Positions 26,321 to 37,261 of a DNA stretch of 64,000 nt are shown one piece after another. The position numbers were made by a program, and so were the translations under genes. Source of the stretch: Oculina patagonica (Eukaryota). Under the pieces are notes generated by a model, which had not been told where the DNA came from, made no database searches, and saw only the letters and a list, made by a program, of their open reading frames with translations. The stretch lies in NCBI RefSeq assembly GCF_052425735.1, contig NC_135770.1, positions 17,112,001 to 17,176,000 of the forward strand, written 5' to 3'. How positions within the stretch are numbered: position 1 is the first letter of the stretch; each line of letters begins with the position of its first letter.

Positions 26321-27812
26321 TTAACTGTTTTTACTGTGAACAAGTCTTGTCAGCTCTCGGACTTGAGCTGCATTAGTGTCTACCAAAAGTTCCAGTTCCT
26401 TGACTTGACTTTGAAGATCAAGTAATTTTTCATTTTGCTCCTGTTCTTTGAGTTCCTCCTTCCTCTTTCCTCTGTTATATTCCAGATACATTAATGCTAC
26501 TGCCACGCCAAACACCAGTGACTCTCCTAGAAGCTCAGCGCCAACATCAACTGCCGCTTGTTCACTCAATGGCTGCACCTTATCTGGACCTGACAGCCCC
26601 ATTATTCGCATCTTTACATTGGTCTCAAGCCAGTGATAGCCTGCAAGTGCAAACAATATGGGCAGTTATTTTTCTGTCAGCAGCATCGGGGAGTCGGTGA
26701 GATGCAGCTCTGCATGCTAAAGCCCCATTTACACGGCAGAAAATTTGTGGCACGACTCGAATAAAATTGGTACGCGTACCAGAAAAAACGGTTCGGCACG
26801 GATAAATTTTGTTGTGTAAACGACTTTTCCTCACCCGTGCCGAACCAAAATTTTACCCGTGCTCGGACCTAGTGGCGAGGTAGTTCGAGCACGATGTACT
26901 AGGAGTTGAACCAAATAATGCGAGAAGAATAAAATAATAATAAAAAGAATAATCGTTGTTAATAGGAGAGGTACAAGCCATCACTGCTGCCATCTGAACA
27001 AGAACCATATACAACTTTCACCCTTTCCTAGTCTTCTGGGAAAAAGCGAAAAGACGCGCGACCCGTATGTGACATTTAAATGAAATAGCGGCATGCTCCA
27101 CCACCAAGGCATCTAGAATTCAAGATGGCGGAGCATGCCTGACGAGGCTGAGATTTCAGCAAAATTTATAGGAGTGATACAAAGATATACAAATATTTTT
27201 CAATATTTTAACTCCAAAATCGTGCGTTCAAAGAAATTACAGAAGTTCAGAGAATTTCAAAGTGAAACAGCGAGCACTGAGGGCATAGAAACACATAAAA
27301 GGCTCAGGAGTATATGTTTCCTGTGGATCTCTGAAGGCAAGAAACCATGAGAATTAAAACATTAAATTAAAAGTTTTTCTCGCCCAGTGGCACAACCACC
27401 CCTACTTATTTTTCAACGTACATACCCCCCTCCCCCCAACCCCCAGGATTCATCCCCAGGTCCCAACCATTCCAACTAAAATGGCCAAATGCTTCAAACA
27501 CGGGTAACATTATTTTGGAATTAGAATTTTTTAATCACAATTCTCAAGCCTAAAACAAAATAAAACCGAAAAATGAGTTGCTTAAGACTTAATCTCAATC
27601 GAATATCAGTAAGCCTTAAATCTGATGAAATAGGTAGACGTCTTTGCCGATCGATTATAATTCTACTCACCTTGTCCTGGCCAAATACAGACATACTTCT
27701 TGAAGAAATTGCTTTGCTTTGCTGTCGTCTTTAAACTATTTGCTATTGGTTTGGAGATTTGCTTTATAGTTAAACTTGCCAACTTGAACAACGGAAAAGC
27801 ACCCACGACCAT
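26321..27812 (-). CDS. OPA3: Optic atrophy 3 protein homolog, 2 exons (27671-27812, 26321-26640), 153 aa
   Basis: Exon 1 MVVGAFPLFKLASLTIKQISKPIANSLKTTAKQSNFFKKYVCIWPGQ G|GTGAGT; exon 2 ttgcag|GYHWLETNVKMRIMG..PLSEQAAVDVGAELLGE..coiled coil; classic OPA3 signature. Confidence 0.95.
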
Positions 27813-27965
27813 CGCGGAAGAGCGGAAATACAGCTTTCAGTCGTCCTTCTGTCATGTACGTCATGTACGCCGTGGCGAAAATGTCTCTGGACAATCTTTT
27901 AGAACCCAGTCCTTGCGACCCAAAATTTTACATTCGATTTGTTTCGGACCGGTTCCAGAACGGTA

Positions 27966-28819
27966 CAGTATGTGGCCCTTGGTCCGCGAGTAAAAGTTAT
28001 AAACTTGAATATCTTACCTGAATCAAAGCCCGATGAGCTGAAATTTTTGCTGAAGATAGATTTTATGTCTCTCTTTATAATTGCAAAGTGGCAATGCCTG
28101 AACTAAAATATTTTTCGTGTAATTCAAAAAAACAGTGACCGTGCTCTCAGGTCCTTGGTCCGCACATTTGGTCCTTTATCGGCGAGTCACGTAAACAAAG
28201 TGAAAATTACTGTAAATCTCAAAAGAGTTGCAATGTTTTAGCAATATTTAAGTTATTCTTTTCTATTTTTGACATTTTTAAGTTCAGTCTTGCTGGAAGT
28301 CGTTGTTAGGTGCGAGTATAAAACAACCAGTATATTCTTCAGATTTCTTTCAGACCGAAGTCTCCAACGAAACCCGCGTCTTAATTTCTTCTCTTTATAA
28401 CTCTCCAATTTAATTTTGAAACATTTGAAGCGAGGATAAATGCCGTAGCACCAATGTGTGCACCCAGTACTTAATATTTTTCTGAATGATCGTTGTTTTA
28501 GAACATTTTTTTAATTCACAGTCAAAGGTCACGGACCAAGGACCCATATGCGAAAATTGTTTATAACTTTCATTAGTCGCTAAACCGAAAATTTGCAACT
28601 TTGCAGCAAATTTCTTCGCAGATTCTGAAATCTATTGATCTATTAACCTGTTCTCCAAAAAAACACGTTATCCCGTTGCGTTTAACATACCAAAGAAGAA
28701 TAGTCAAAGAATCATTGGAAACATTCATTTTTTGCCGAAGTTTAGATATCGAGGAAATATTAAATCATATTCGAAAAAGTCGCGGACCAAGGACCTCACG
28801 GACCAAGGACCACATACTG
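27966..28819. mobile_element. Tc1/mariner-type non-autonomous element (TA TSD, CAGTATGTGG TIR)
   Basis: TA|CAGTATGTGGCCCTTGGTCCGCGAG ... CTCACGGACCAAGGACCACATACTG|TA; internal GGACCAAGGAC motifs. Confidence 0.8.
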
Positions 28820-29129
28820 TACCATGTAAACATCTGGATCGGTTCCAAACGGTTCAAAACCAACAAAAACAGACGTTAATTTGCAAGGACCACCGTGGCA
28901 AAATATAATTACCGGAACGCCCCACTGTAGAGGATCTAAACAGCCATAACTAAATAACTTACTGTGACTATATTTAAATTCCTGTATTTCGGAAGGTAAA
29001 CGTTACAGATTTAAAATATGGGAAATACGATATAACAGTAAATAACAAAAGCCAAAGAAAAAAACGTTAACATTTCAAATTGTCCAAACGGTTCCATGTA
29101 AACAGCAGCCGATAGAACTGTGCGATACT

Positions 29130-30010
29130 AATGTTTACATCAATGCATTCTAAATCGATTCTAAATTAAATGTATTGACGAGCAGTTAAAATTTGTTTCA
29201 CTCGGATACATCCTTTGCAGCTTTCTTTCACATTGTATCCGAAATACCAGCCTGCGTGGCATACGTTCAAACCGCGCTTCCAGCTTCTCATTCTTCCCTC
29301 TAAATCCCGGTTGGGGGAGGGGAGGTTATCCCCTAAGAAAATTACGTGGGTACTCGTCGGAAAATTTCAAAAAAAAACCTCTAAAAGGTACCAATTTTGT
29401 GGGCGTGGACTTAATCCATTTTCACCCCTTATGTAAGAGGTACTTATCCTTAAATAACATATTAACTGGCCCTGGCAATTTGATGACTGGATGACTTTTT
29501 TCAAGTAGCTTATTCAGGCCCCTTAAAGGTACCGCGACGACTCTGGTAGCGTTCATTTTAGGTTTTACCACCCTAAGCGGTACAAATCCACAAATGTTAC
29601 CCCCTAGCAAGTGCAACGAACACCCCACCCCACGCAGGCTATCGAAATACTTTTGCATTATATATCATCTTTCTTTTCAGGAACGCGAAAATGAACCGGA
29701 AATCTCAAAAAAATCGAAATAAAGCGGATATTAAACTACAACCAATAAGATTTTACTTTCTGCAATTCAGTGTTTTCCTTAAGCCAAGAGAATATGAAAA
29801 AATATGCTAAAGCTCACTCGATTTCCCACAATGAGTATCAATATTCTGCTAGAGGTATGTCGTCATACATGTATCGTGTTTAATTTTACACGAGGAGTGA
29901 TGGAGCATTACAATCCAGAAGAACCGTAACCTGATGAGCAGGCTTTTCTTTTCCCTACCCCCCCCCCCCCTTAGGAAGGCCTGATACTCAGGTTAGAAGA
30001 ACCGGTATCG
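29130..30010 (+). pseudogene. Decayed duplicate of the promoter/5' coding end of the 541-aa gene
   Basis: TACATCAATGCATTCTAAAT, AAGATTTTACTTTCTGCA and ATGAGTA..CTG(C/T)TAGAGGTAT..TTTACACGAGGAGTGA..CCAGAAGAACC recur at 30134-30508; the copy is frame-disrupted and ends at a MITE. Confidence 0.65.
29927..29995. mobile_element. 69-bp mini-MITE with 9-bp TSD
   Basis: TAACCTGATGAGCAGGC / GCCTGATACTCAGGTTA; GAAGAACCG on both sides. Confidence 0.75.
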
Positions 30011-30419
30011 CTCCTTTCAAAGTCCTTTCGATCTGATTACAACCGTGATATTAAATTTCCTTGTTACTTTTGATAAAGTCCCTACTTTCCCAGGCGGCAC
30101 TCAATACTTATGGAACTTTGCTATGCTAAAGCTTACATCAATGCATTCTAAATTAAATCTGCGACGAGGGATAAACCTCAAGAGAGCTACTTAGAGTACT
30201 ATTTGGACGATCAAAGACAATACTGAGATTAACACTTTCTAACTGAAGCTGATTGCACTGATACGTCATTTGCAGTTTTCTTTCACTTTGCAGTTGGCAT
30301 ACTACCTAAATAATGTAACATGAGATCTGAAGCGGAAATCAAACCACAAGCAAGAAGATTTTACTTTCTGCATTTCAGTTTTTTAATTTCGTGAGCTACT
30401 TCGCCATCATCTCTTAACA

Positions 30420-32045
30420 ATGAGTAGCAGTACTCTGTTAGAGGTATTTGGTCACGTCGTGTTTAGTTTTACACGAGGAGTGACAGAACACTACAACCCA
30501 GAAGAACCTGAGTTCCCAGCAGAGTATTTTGGCTACGATCCTCTACAGAGCACAGGTCGAGAATGGTATTATCTTCCTGTTGATGAGCTGATTTATCAAG
30601 AATACAGCGACAGAGAAGTCACGAGTTTCAGCAACTACCTAGCGTCTAACAGTCTTGATATAAGGGTTATAGACGCGTGCTCGCCAGAGGAAAACGAAGA
30701 AACACAAGTAGATCAACAAGATGAAGATAGATCAATGGCTTGGAAGCAAATCAGACCATCCGCTCTCCGTACAGTTTGTAAAGCAATGTACACTGGAGCT
30801 TTGATTTCACTCCTAACTGCAACCATCATAGGTTCATTATACATGTTGATCTCCTATCTATGTTATAAAACTGTAAACAACTGTGAATTTCACCCAAAGA
30901 AGTCTATTCCGGTACAAGTGCAATGGACGAGATCAATTTCTGATGTGATCTCTTGTGCTTTTCTTTACACCTGGTTCTTTTTATGTTCGTTATTCCTTTT
31001 CCGCTCATATCAGTTGACGGGGGCGAAAAGAAAACTAATATTTGTCATTTGCCTCGCATATTTCTTGGATACAGTTTATCGTGTGACTCTTCAAGCCCTG
31101 AAAATAACTCATTCTAAGCTTTCTACTTTGCAAAAGATTCCACTCAACGTAGTATTTTCAATAGCTGTGTGTTGGCAAGTTTATATTCTAACGAATCATT
31201 TCCGTGGACAAAGGACAGGGAGGCAGCAAGTGATTTTGTTCTTCCAAATGATAATTCCACTCGCTTCTGCTTTAATTACCAGCAATCCAGTGGCTGATAT
31301 CATTTATCCAGAGTATAACAAACAAAGTAGTGTAGGCAAACAGCGTCTGGTGATAGCTCTCTTCGCTCCTCTCATTGGAGTTGTACTCAAAGTCATCTCG
31401 CGAATTTGTGTTCAGCGATTATGGAATATTACCCATCCGGGATATTCGTATGTCTTATTAGCGCCGTTGTATTATGCCTCTGCGGTTATTTTTCGAGTGT
31501 TGCAAGCGGATCTTGACAGTTTGCAATCCATTGCTATTCTTGGAATAATTCATGGCGCTGCAGAAGTCATAGAACGAAGCACCATGGTGATTATCGATCA
31601 CATTTGTCATCTGGTCTGGAAGAGAACATCAGCTTCTTGGGGAACCTTTCGGACGCCTCGCCGTGAGAGACTTATGGCTGATATTGCTATCATGAGCATG
31701 TTGTCTGAATCAAGTGCTATAGTATCTGTTAACGGCTTTTTGTACTTGTATCAGTATATTTACGAACAAAACGATTCCCTTTTAATGCTGCTGCAGTCCT
31801 TTGCCCTCACAACGGCAGTTCAACTGGTGATTGAGTGGTTTTTCACCAGCATATCTATAGCGATCGAGACTCGCTATCAGAATATGGCTGTCATGGCTGT
31901 TTGGCAAAGAAGATGGAAAAGACACATTTTGGTGGCAATTCTTACTGCGTCGTCAATAGCAATATGGACCTGCGGAAATATTTTAGAATTTGTAGATGAG
32001 CGCTTTAAGCACTCTAATCAGCCTTGTAAAATGCCATTTACTTAG
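30420..32045 (+). CDS. Uncharacterised intronless multi-pass membrane protein (541 aa, ~10-11 hydrophobic segments)
   Basis: Uninterrupted 541-codon ORF from ATG; acidic N-terminal ~105 aa followed by repeated hydrophobic helices. Confidence 0.85.
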   Translation: MSSSTLLEVFGHVVFSFTRGVTEHYNPEEPEFPAEYFGYDPLQSTGREWYYLPVDELIYQEYSDREVTSFSNYLASNSLDIRVIDACSPEENEETQVDQQDEDRSMAWKQIRPSALRTVCKAMYTGALISLLTATIIGSLYMLISYLCYKTVNNCEFHPKKSIPVQVQWTRSISDVISCAFLYTWFFLCSLFLFRSYQLTGAKRKLIFVICLAYFLDTVYRVTLQALKITHSKLSTLQKIPLNVVFSIAVCWQVYILTNHFRGQRTGRQQVILFFQMIIPLASALITSNPVADIIYPEYNKQSSVGKQRLVIALFAPLIGVVLKVISRICVQRLWNITHPGYSYVLLAPLYYASAVIFRVLQADLDSLQSIAILGIIHGAAEVIERSTMVIIDHICHLVWKRTSASWGTFRTPRRERLMADIAIMSMLSESSAIVSVNGFLYLYQYIYEQNDSLLMLLQSFALTTAVQLVIEWFFTSISIAIETRYQNMAVMAVWQRRWKRHILVAILTASSIAIWTCGNILEFVDERFKHSNQPCKMPFT

Positions 32046-32299
32046 TAAAAGTAATCAGTCTGCGGTTTCCATGCCAACTGGCAGGTCGTACCAGATGACG
32101 TCGCTCTACAGAGATGTGTGTTGTCTCTGATTGGTTGTTGTTTGGTTTCAAATTTTCGCGCGCAAGTCACGACCAATCAGAGTCTCTGCAGAGCTACGTC
32201 ATCAGTATTGAATCACGCTTTTTGCGGAACAAGAATTGACCCCATAATGAGAAGTAAAAGCATTACTCATGATTAAAAATGTTCTTAAAGTTTGTAATA

Positions 32300-32345
32300 A
32301 AGTCCACGTTTCGGCTGACACTTCAGCCTTCATCAGGAAAAAGTG
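32300..32345 (-). ncRNA. Minimal type I hammerhead ribozyme motif (probably decayed)
   Basis: Minus strand: TTTC CTGATGA AGGCTGA AGTG TCAGCC GAAA CGTGGA; conserved core plus stem II, just downstream of the GIY-YIG ORF. Confidence 0.65.
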
Positions 32346-32641
32346 ATAAAGTAATTTGCAAAGGGTACGTTTTATCTTATGCAAATTCGAGTTCTGTCCC
32401 TCAAAGCTAAATTTATAAACTCGATGAATGCAGTCATCCCGATTCAACGGATTCCTGCAAATGTTTGTTTCCCATGCTTCTGGAATGGGTCGGTTACGCC
32501 AATTTGCACTTGTGCGTAAAATCCTGGAAGACTCCCAGGAGACAGTGTAGCCAAAACATAAACAATGTTCTGCCAATGCTGACTTCTGCCCGCGACTGTT
32601 CGAGACTGTGTTTATTTTCTGCCCCTTTCTAGTGTTCTTTA

Positions 32642-33473
32642 GGCCCCGTTTACACGGGTCCGGACACATTTTTGCACGGACGAATTTTGTACCTGGACCG
32701 CCTGTTTACATGGATCCGTGCAAATTTTGTTACAGATTGCAGTGGTGTTTACACGGAACCGTGCAAATTTTAGACCAGTCGCGGCATTTGAATGGCTTTT
32801 TTACGTCTCTGTTGTGATTGGTTATCGCTAATGTTTTAAGCCAATCATGTTGCAGCTAATGCAGCACGCGGCAAATCAAACATGGCGGCAGAAGCGGCAG
32901 ACAAGAACTTTACGTGGTCTGATGAAGAAATTAATTTGTTGCTTAATGTAGTTATAGACTACAAAGCAAGAAAAGCAGGGGAAGGAGTTGATTGGGAAAC
33001 GGTCAGGAGCAAGTACGAAGACGTAACCAAAATGTTTTTGGAAAAGTACCCTCATAACGACAAGGAGAAATTCCCCCGACGTACCGCCGCTCGTCTTCTC
33101 ATATCTGTGAACTGCTTTCTGGGTTTCTTTTGCCTCAAATTTTTAAATTTTTAAAACAAAATGTAACAAAATAGGAGCATAATGCGACAAAATGTTTCAT
33201 TTTTGCTAAGCAACCAGGCAAAATATAACTAGATTCCAGGCCTTAACCGCGCTATCTGTGCAAAAAGTTGCACGGTTCGGGTGTTTACACGAGTCCGTAC
33301 GAAATATGGAACCGTGCCGGTCAAAAATTTGACCTGCTTTTTTCAGGTCCCAAACTTGCAAAATTAGCCGTTCAAAAATTCGTCCAGTTCCGCCGGTCCC
33401 GTGTAAACGCAAGGTGGAACCGTGCAAGTTTTTGTCCGTGCAAAAATTTGTCCGGACCCGTGTAAACGGGGCC
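32642..33473 (+). mobile_element. PIF/Harbinger non-autonomous derivative carrying a Myb/SANT-like ORF fragment
   Basis: TTA|GGCCCCGTTTACACGGGTCCGGACA ... TGTCCGGACCCGTGTAAACGGGGCC|TTA; ORF 32882-33154 FTWSDEEINLLLNVVIDYK..GVDWETVRSKYEDV. Confidence 0.88.
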
Positions 33474-35387
33474 TTAGTCGAGTAGCAAATTTGCGTTTCA
33501 TTTCCCCGATATTAATAGTTCTTGTCACATTCACAATCTTGGCAAGGGATTGAATAAATGGCGCCATGAGTCTGATCTTTTGGGACTTGGTCTTTCGGTT
33601 TAGAAAACAAGTTGCCGACTTTGGTTTACAGCGACTCTCCGAATAGAAGTCTAATATTTATTAGATTAAGATTTAGTTCGTAAAGAACAAATTAAGTCCG
33701 TGACGATTTAAGTCTAACTGATACTGATGTCAATGTCCAGTTAATGGCTCAGTAGTGTCTCTGTTGCAGGTTAAATCCTTTTTTACACACAAAATAACTT
33801 GAATTCATTGGAAGGAAGTCCGATAGATTGTTATCTTCAGGTTGAAACAGATTAAAGGAGCTACGTCACGAACAACGCATCTTGAAAAAGCTGGCAAGTT
33901 TTTTCAAGTTTGTCATTCGTAATCCATCCTTGTTTATTTTTGAGGGTTTTTTTATCCGTTGGTGTTTTTCTGCATAAGAAAACTACTATTTTGAGGTTCC
34001 TTGCAATTTGTCTCGCTTGTTTAGCTGTAAAAACTGCGTTACTCTCTTTAAAAAAAAGTAACTGGTATTCGCCGGTTTCAAATCGTGTGCTATTGTAAGC
34101 ACCAACTGTGGTACATGTGCCAGTGCAGTATGATCACAGCTGAGTAGCACTCTTTGGTCGAGCCATGGTTCGTATTTTGGCGAGACGCAGTCGAGCCAAA
34201 ATACACATGGCGAGACTGAAATTTAGCCAAAAATTCGGTTATATTTAACGCTCTGTTGAAGCCATGCTTGCCAGGTACGTAGTGCAAATTGTGTTGACCT
34301 GCTTGTGCTGATACCTGTTTGTTCTTCAAAACTTTTATCAAGTTCCTCTTCTGCCTTTTGTTCCACTCGTTTGGAGTTTCATTCTCTAAATTTTCAAAAT
34401 CAAATTAAGCGAAAAATGTGGAAATTCCAACTCCATTGTTTCAGTCTGAATGTTACAGTACTTGTCGGCAAACATCGCGCAATTGGCGAGCGCGCTCAAG
34501 TTTAGTTTTGGCGGGAAAGTTTTTCTCCTTTTACTATCGCTTAACACCAGCTAAATTTAAATTACGAGGTTCTGTTTTATTGGTAAAACATCTTTTTAAT
34601 TCATCGCTCGGTAACACTACTTTACTTCAAAGTGACCGTGATATGGTGGCATATCAGGTCAGTGACTTGATATCGTAGGATATCAGGACAGTAGATCGCG
34701 CTTCTGATTGGCTACTTGCGAATTTGGGTACGGTAATATATAAAATTTCTCTTCTTTAGAAATTTTAGCTATCATGATGTTAGTCGACTTAGCTGTAACA
34801 ATGATATACAATAAAATACAATACCTTTAATACAAGGTATTGTAGAGAGAATTCTCGCGCTCTCATTGGTCGAACGTTCAAGGTTAAGGTCAATGAGAGT
34901 ATCGACCATGAAAATGATGTAACCTGTAACGCAGCGCAAGGCAAATTTCCGAAAGCTTGACAAATGATTATTACTTTTCCATAAAACATATACTGGTGAC
35001 TTGCGAAACAAATAAGACGGAATTTCCCAACATTCACCGGCTTCAAGTCGACAAAATGCGATCTTACGAGCTGTCACTCGCGCGGTTGAAATCCACAATA
35101 GGAATAATTTTTTTTCACTTTTCGGACAGAAAAATGCGCGCCTGGTTCACATGTCCCATTGGCGAAAAGAAAACAGCAGGAGAAACAATCAGATTCAAGG
35201 ATTTCCAATAAACCACAGCGAGTGTCTTCAATCTGCCGAGGGCCAGCACAACATTTACTGAGAAATGACTCAAAACAAGAAAGATTCTCCTGATAGAAAT
35301 TCGTATGCGCAATCTGACGACATAGAACGACTAGTCGAGACCAAACCAACAAGGCAAAGCCTAATCTTTCACCGTCTTGGTTTTAAT

Positions 35388-35517
35388 TTCAGTCTTGAAT
35401 TCATTTTTAATTGCAAATCCAATCTCCGTTAACTTTGATGGCAACTGTTAATTAAATGTTGCCATCAAAGTTAACCGAGATTAGATTTGCAATTATAATT
35501 GAATTCAAGACTGATTT
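35388..35517. repeat. ~130-bp near-perfect palindrome (hairpin MITE-like)
   Basis: CAGTCTTGAATTCA..GTTAACTTTGATGGCAAC / GTTGCCATCAAAGTTAAC..TGAATTCAAGACTG. Confidence 0.75.
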
Positions 35518-36228
35518 TAATCCTGAACATTGGACATTTGAGCAAATATTAGCATGCAAGTTAAGCAGGTGTTTTTATAACATCACTTTATTACCGGGAA
35601 ATCAAAAGATCATCACATCGCTTTTTAAGCACACCAGAATCAGGTCAAGACGATAATAATTGCGTGTTTGAATGTTTTGATGAGTCGTCAATTCCTATTT
35701 TCACACTCTTATCTACCATTAGCTTGTTGAAAACAGGGCTAAATAACGTGTATTCTCGGAAAATTTTGAATGAAAATTTGATCATAGTAGCAGTTTAATA
35801 AAGGTAAAAACAATAAACAAATCCTCATCGGGACGGCCAAAAGATTAATTCAATGGCGAAACCAAATTATACCTAAACGCTAACGAAACGAAACTTAAAA
35901 ATATTCCCATCGTAATCACTCCCGCTGAAGAAATACGACACATGAGCACGTTGTCAAGTTTCGTCCTTTATGCCCTGCCGTGCAATAAAGTAAGTTTCTA
36001 CCACGCTTTATGCTAATTTCTGACGAACCCCTATTAGCGGCAACTTACCAATTTCCTAAAGGTGGCCGCCTTTAGGGTTCCGAGTGCATTTTAATCCCTT
36101 CTCTTGCCTTTGAATATCTTTTCTAAACGCTTCGTTTTACTTTTAAATATTCGAAGACAAAGCCTCTACTATTTAAATTACAAGTGAAACTTCGGCGAAA
36201 AAGCATTTTTTCACTAATTTGAAGAAAC

Positions 36229-37261
36229 ATGGATTCGTCTGCCTCATCTAACTGGACTGAAAACATTTGTAAAATGTTACCGAAGTTAGATCCACAGCAT
36301 TTTTCTTTACTGTTTTACGGTTTTCTCATCACAGCCGCTGTTATTGAATTGCTTTCTTGTCCTTTTACAGTTTTGTTGAACGCGTTGGTAATGGTGGCCG
36401 TGAAAACCAAACGACGACTACAAACACATCTTAACATTTTGTTTGCAAGTTTGGCGCTTACTGATCTGATGGTGGGTCTTGTTGTACAACCCCTGCACAC
36501 AACTGTGGAAATTTTGCTTCTTCAAGGTAAACGTTCGGATGAAATTTGCAATATAACATCAGCATTTCTCATCTGTTTTTTTCAGTTTCGGCGCTACATC
36601 GCTGTTTTATCTGGCTTTAATCAGCGGAGAGCGATATTTGGCCATTAAACACCCTTTTATTCACAGCACCGTAGTCACTAAACGTCGCCTAATGTTTGCT
36701 TCGATTGTTGGGATGCTTCTCATCCCATTAATACTCGTTTTAACGTCTATACTGCTGGATGCTGCAATTACTGTTGTTGCTTCGATTATCTTGCTTCAAG
36801 TTCCAGTTTATAGAGAGGCCCGTAGACACGAAAAACAGATTATTTCTCAACAAGTTTCCTTGGAGGCTAGAGCGAAATTTCAAAAGGAAAAGAAAGCATT
36901 AAAATTAACGACCATAATAATATTAGCGATCGGCTTGTGTTACTTTCCGCCATTCATATTTATATTAACTTTAAGACAGTATATCGGACAGCCGTCCGAT
37001 ATAGAAACTGTAGTTCTTCAGATAGCCATTGTACCGGTGATTCTAAATTCGCTTCTAAACCCGGTTATTTACACAGTACGAAAGAAACAGTTTAGAATCG
37101 CGTTTATTGAGCTGCTATTAATGAAAGATTTTCAGGGAGCCAAGGACGTTGAACGAAGACTGTTTGGATCTCCAAACGTTGTTGAGCCTGCAATCAAATC
37201 TGAATCCAGACGACGAATCGAAGCGGGGCGGGAACAAAACGGCAAAGGAGCGAAGGAGTAA
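36229..37261 (+). pseudogene. Rhodopsin-class GPCR, family A, frameshifted
   Basis: Two ORFs (36229-36648, 36638-37261) together match 47018-48013; +1 T in the run at ~36576-36582; TM4 Trp lost. Confidence 0.8.

Larger units (their letters stand above)
32205..33640 (-). mobile_element. Penelope-like retroelement 3' remnant (GIY-YIG endonuclease + hammerhead), split by a Harbinger insertion
   Basis: Minus-strand translation LFSKPKDQVPKDQTHGAIYSIPCQDC..(fs)IGEMKRKFATRL at 33476-33620 continues as KSALAEHC..VSWESSRIL..NWRNR..EAWE..NPLNRDD at 32430-32640. Confidence 0.8.

Noticed and set aside
29931-29940. CTGATGAG as a hammerhead core
   Set aside because: No downstream stem II-GAAA; it is part of the mini-MITE TIR
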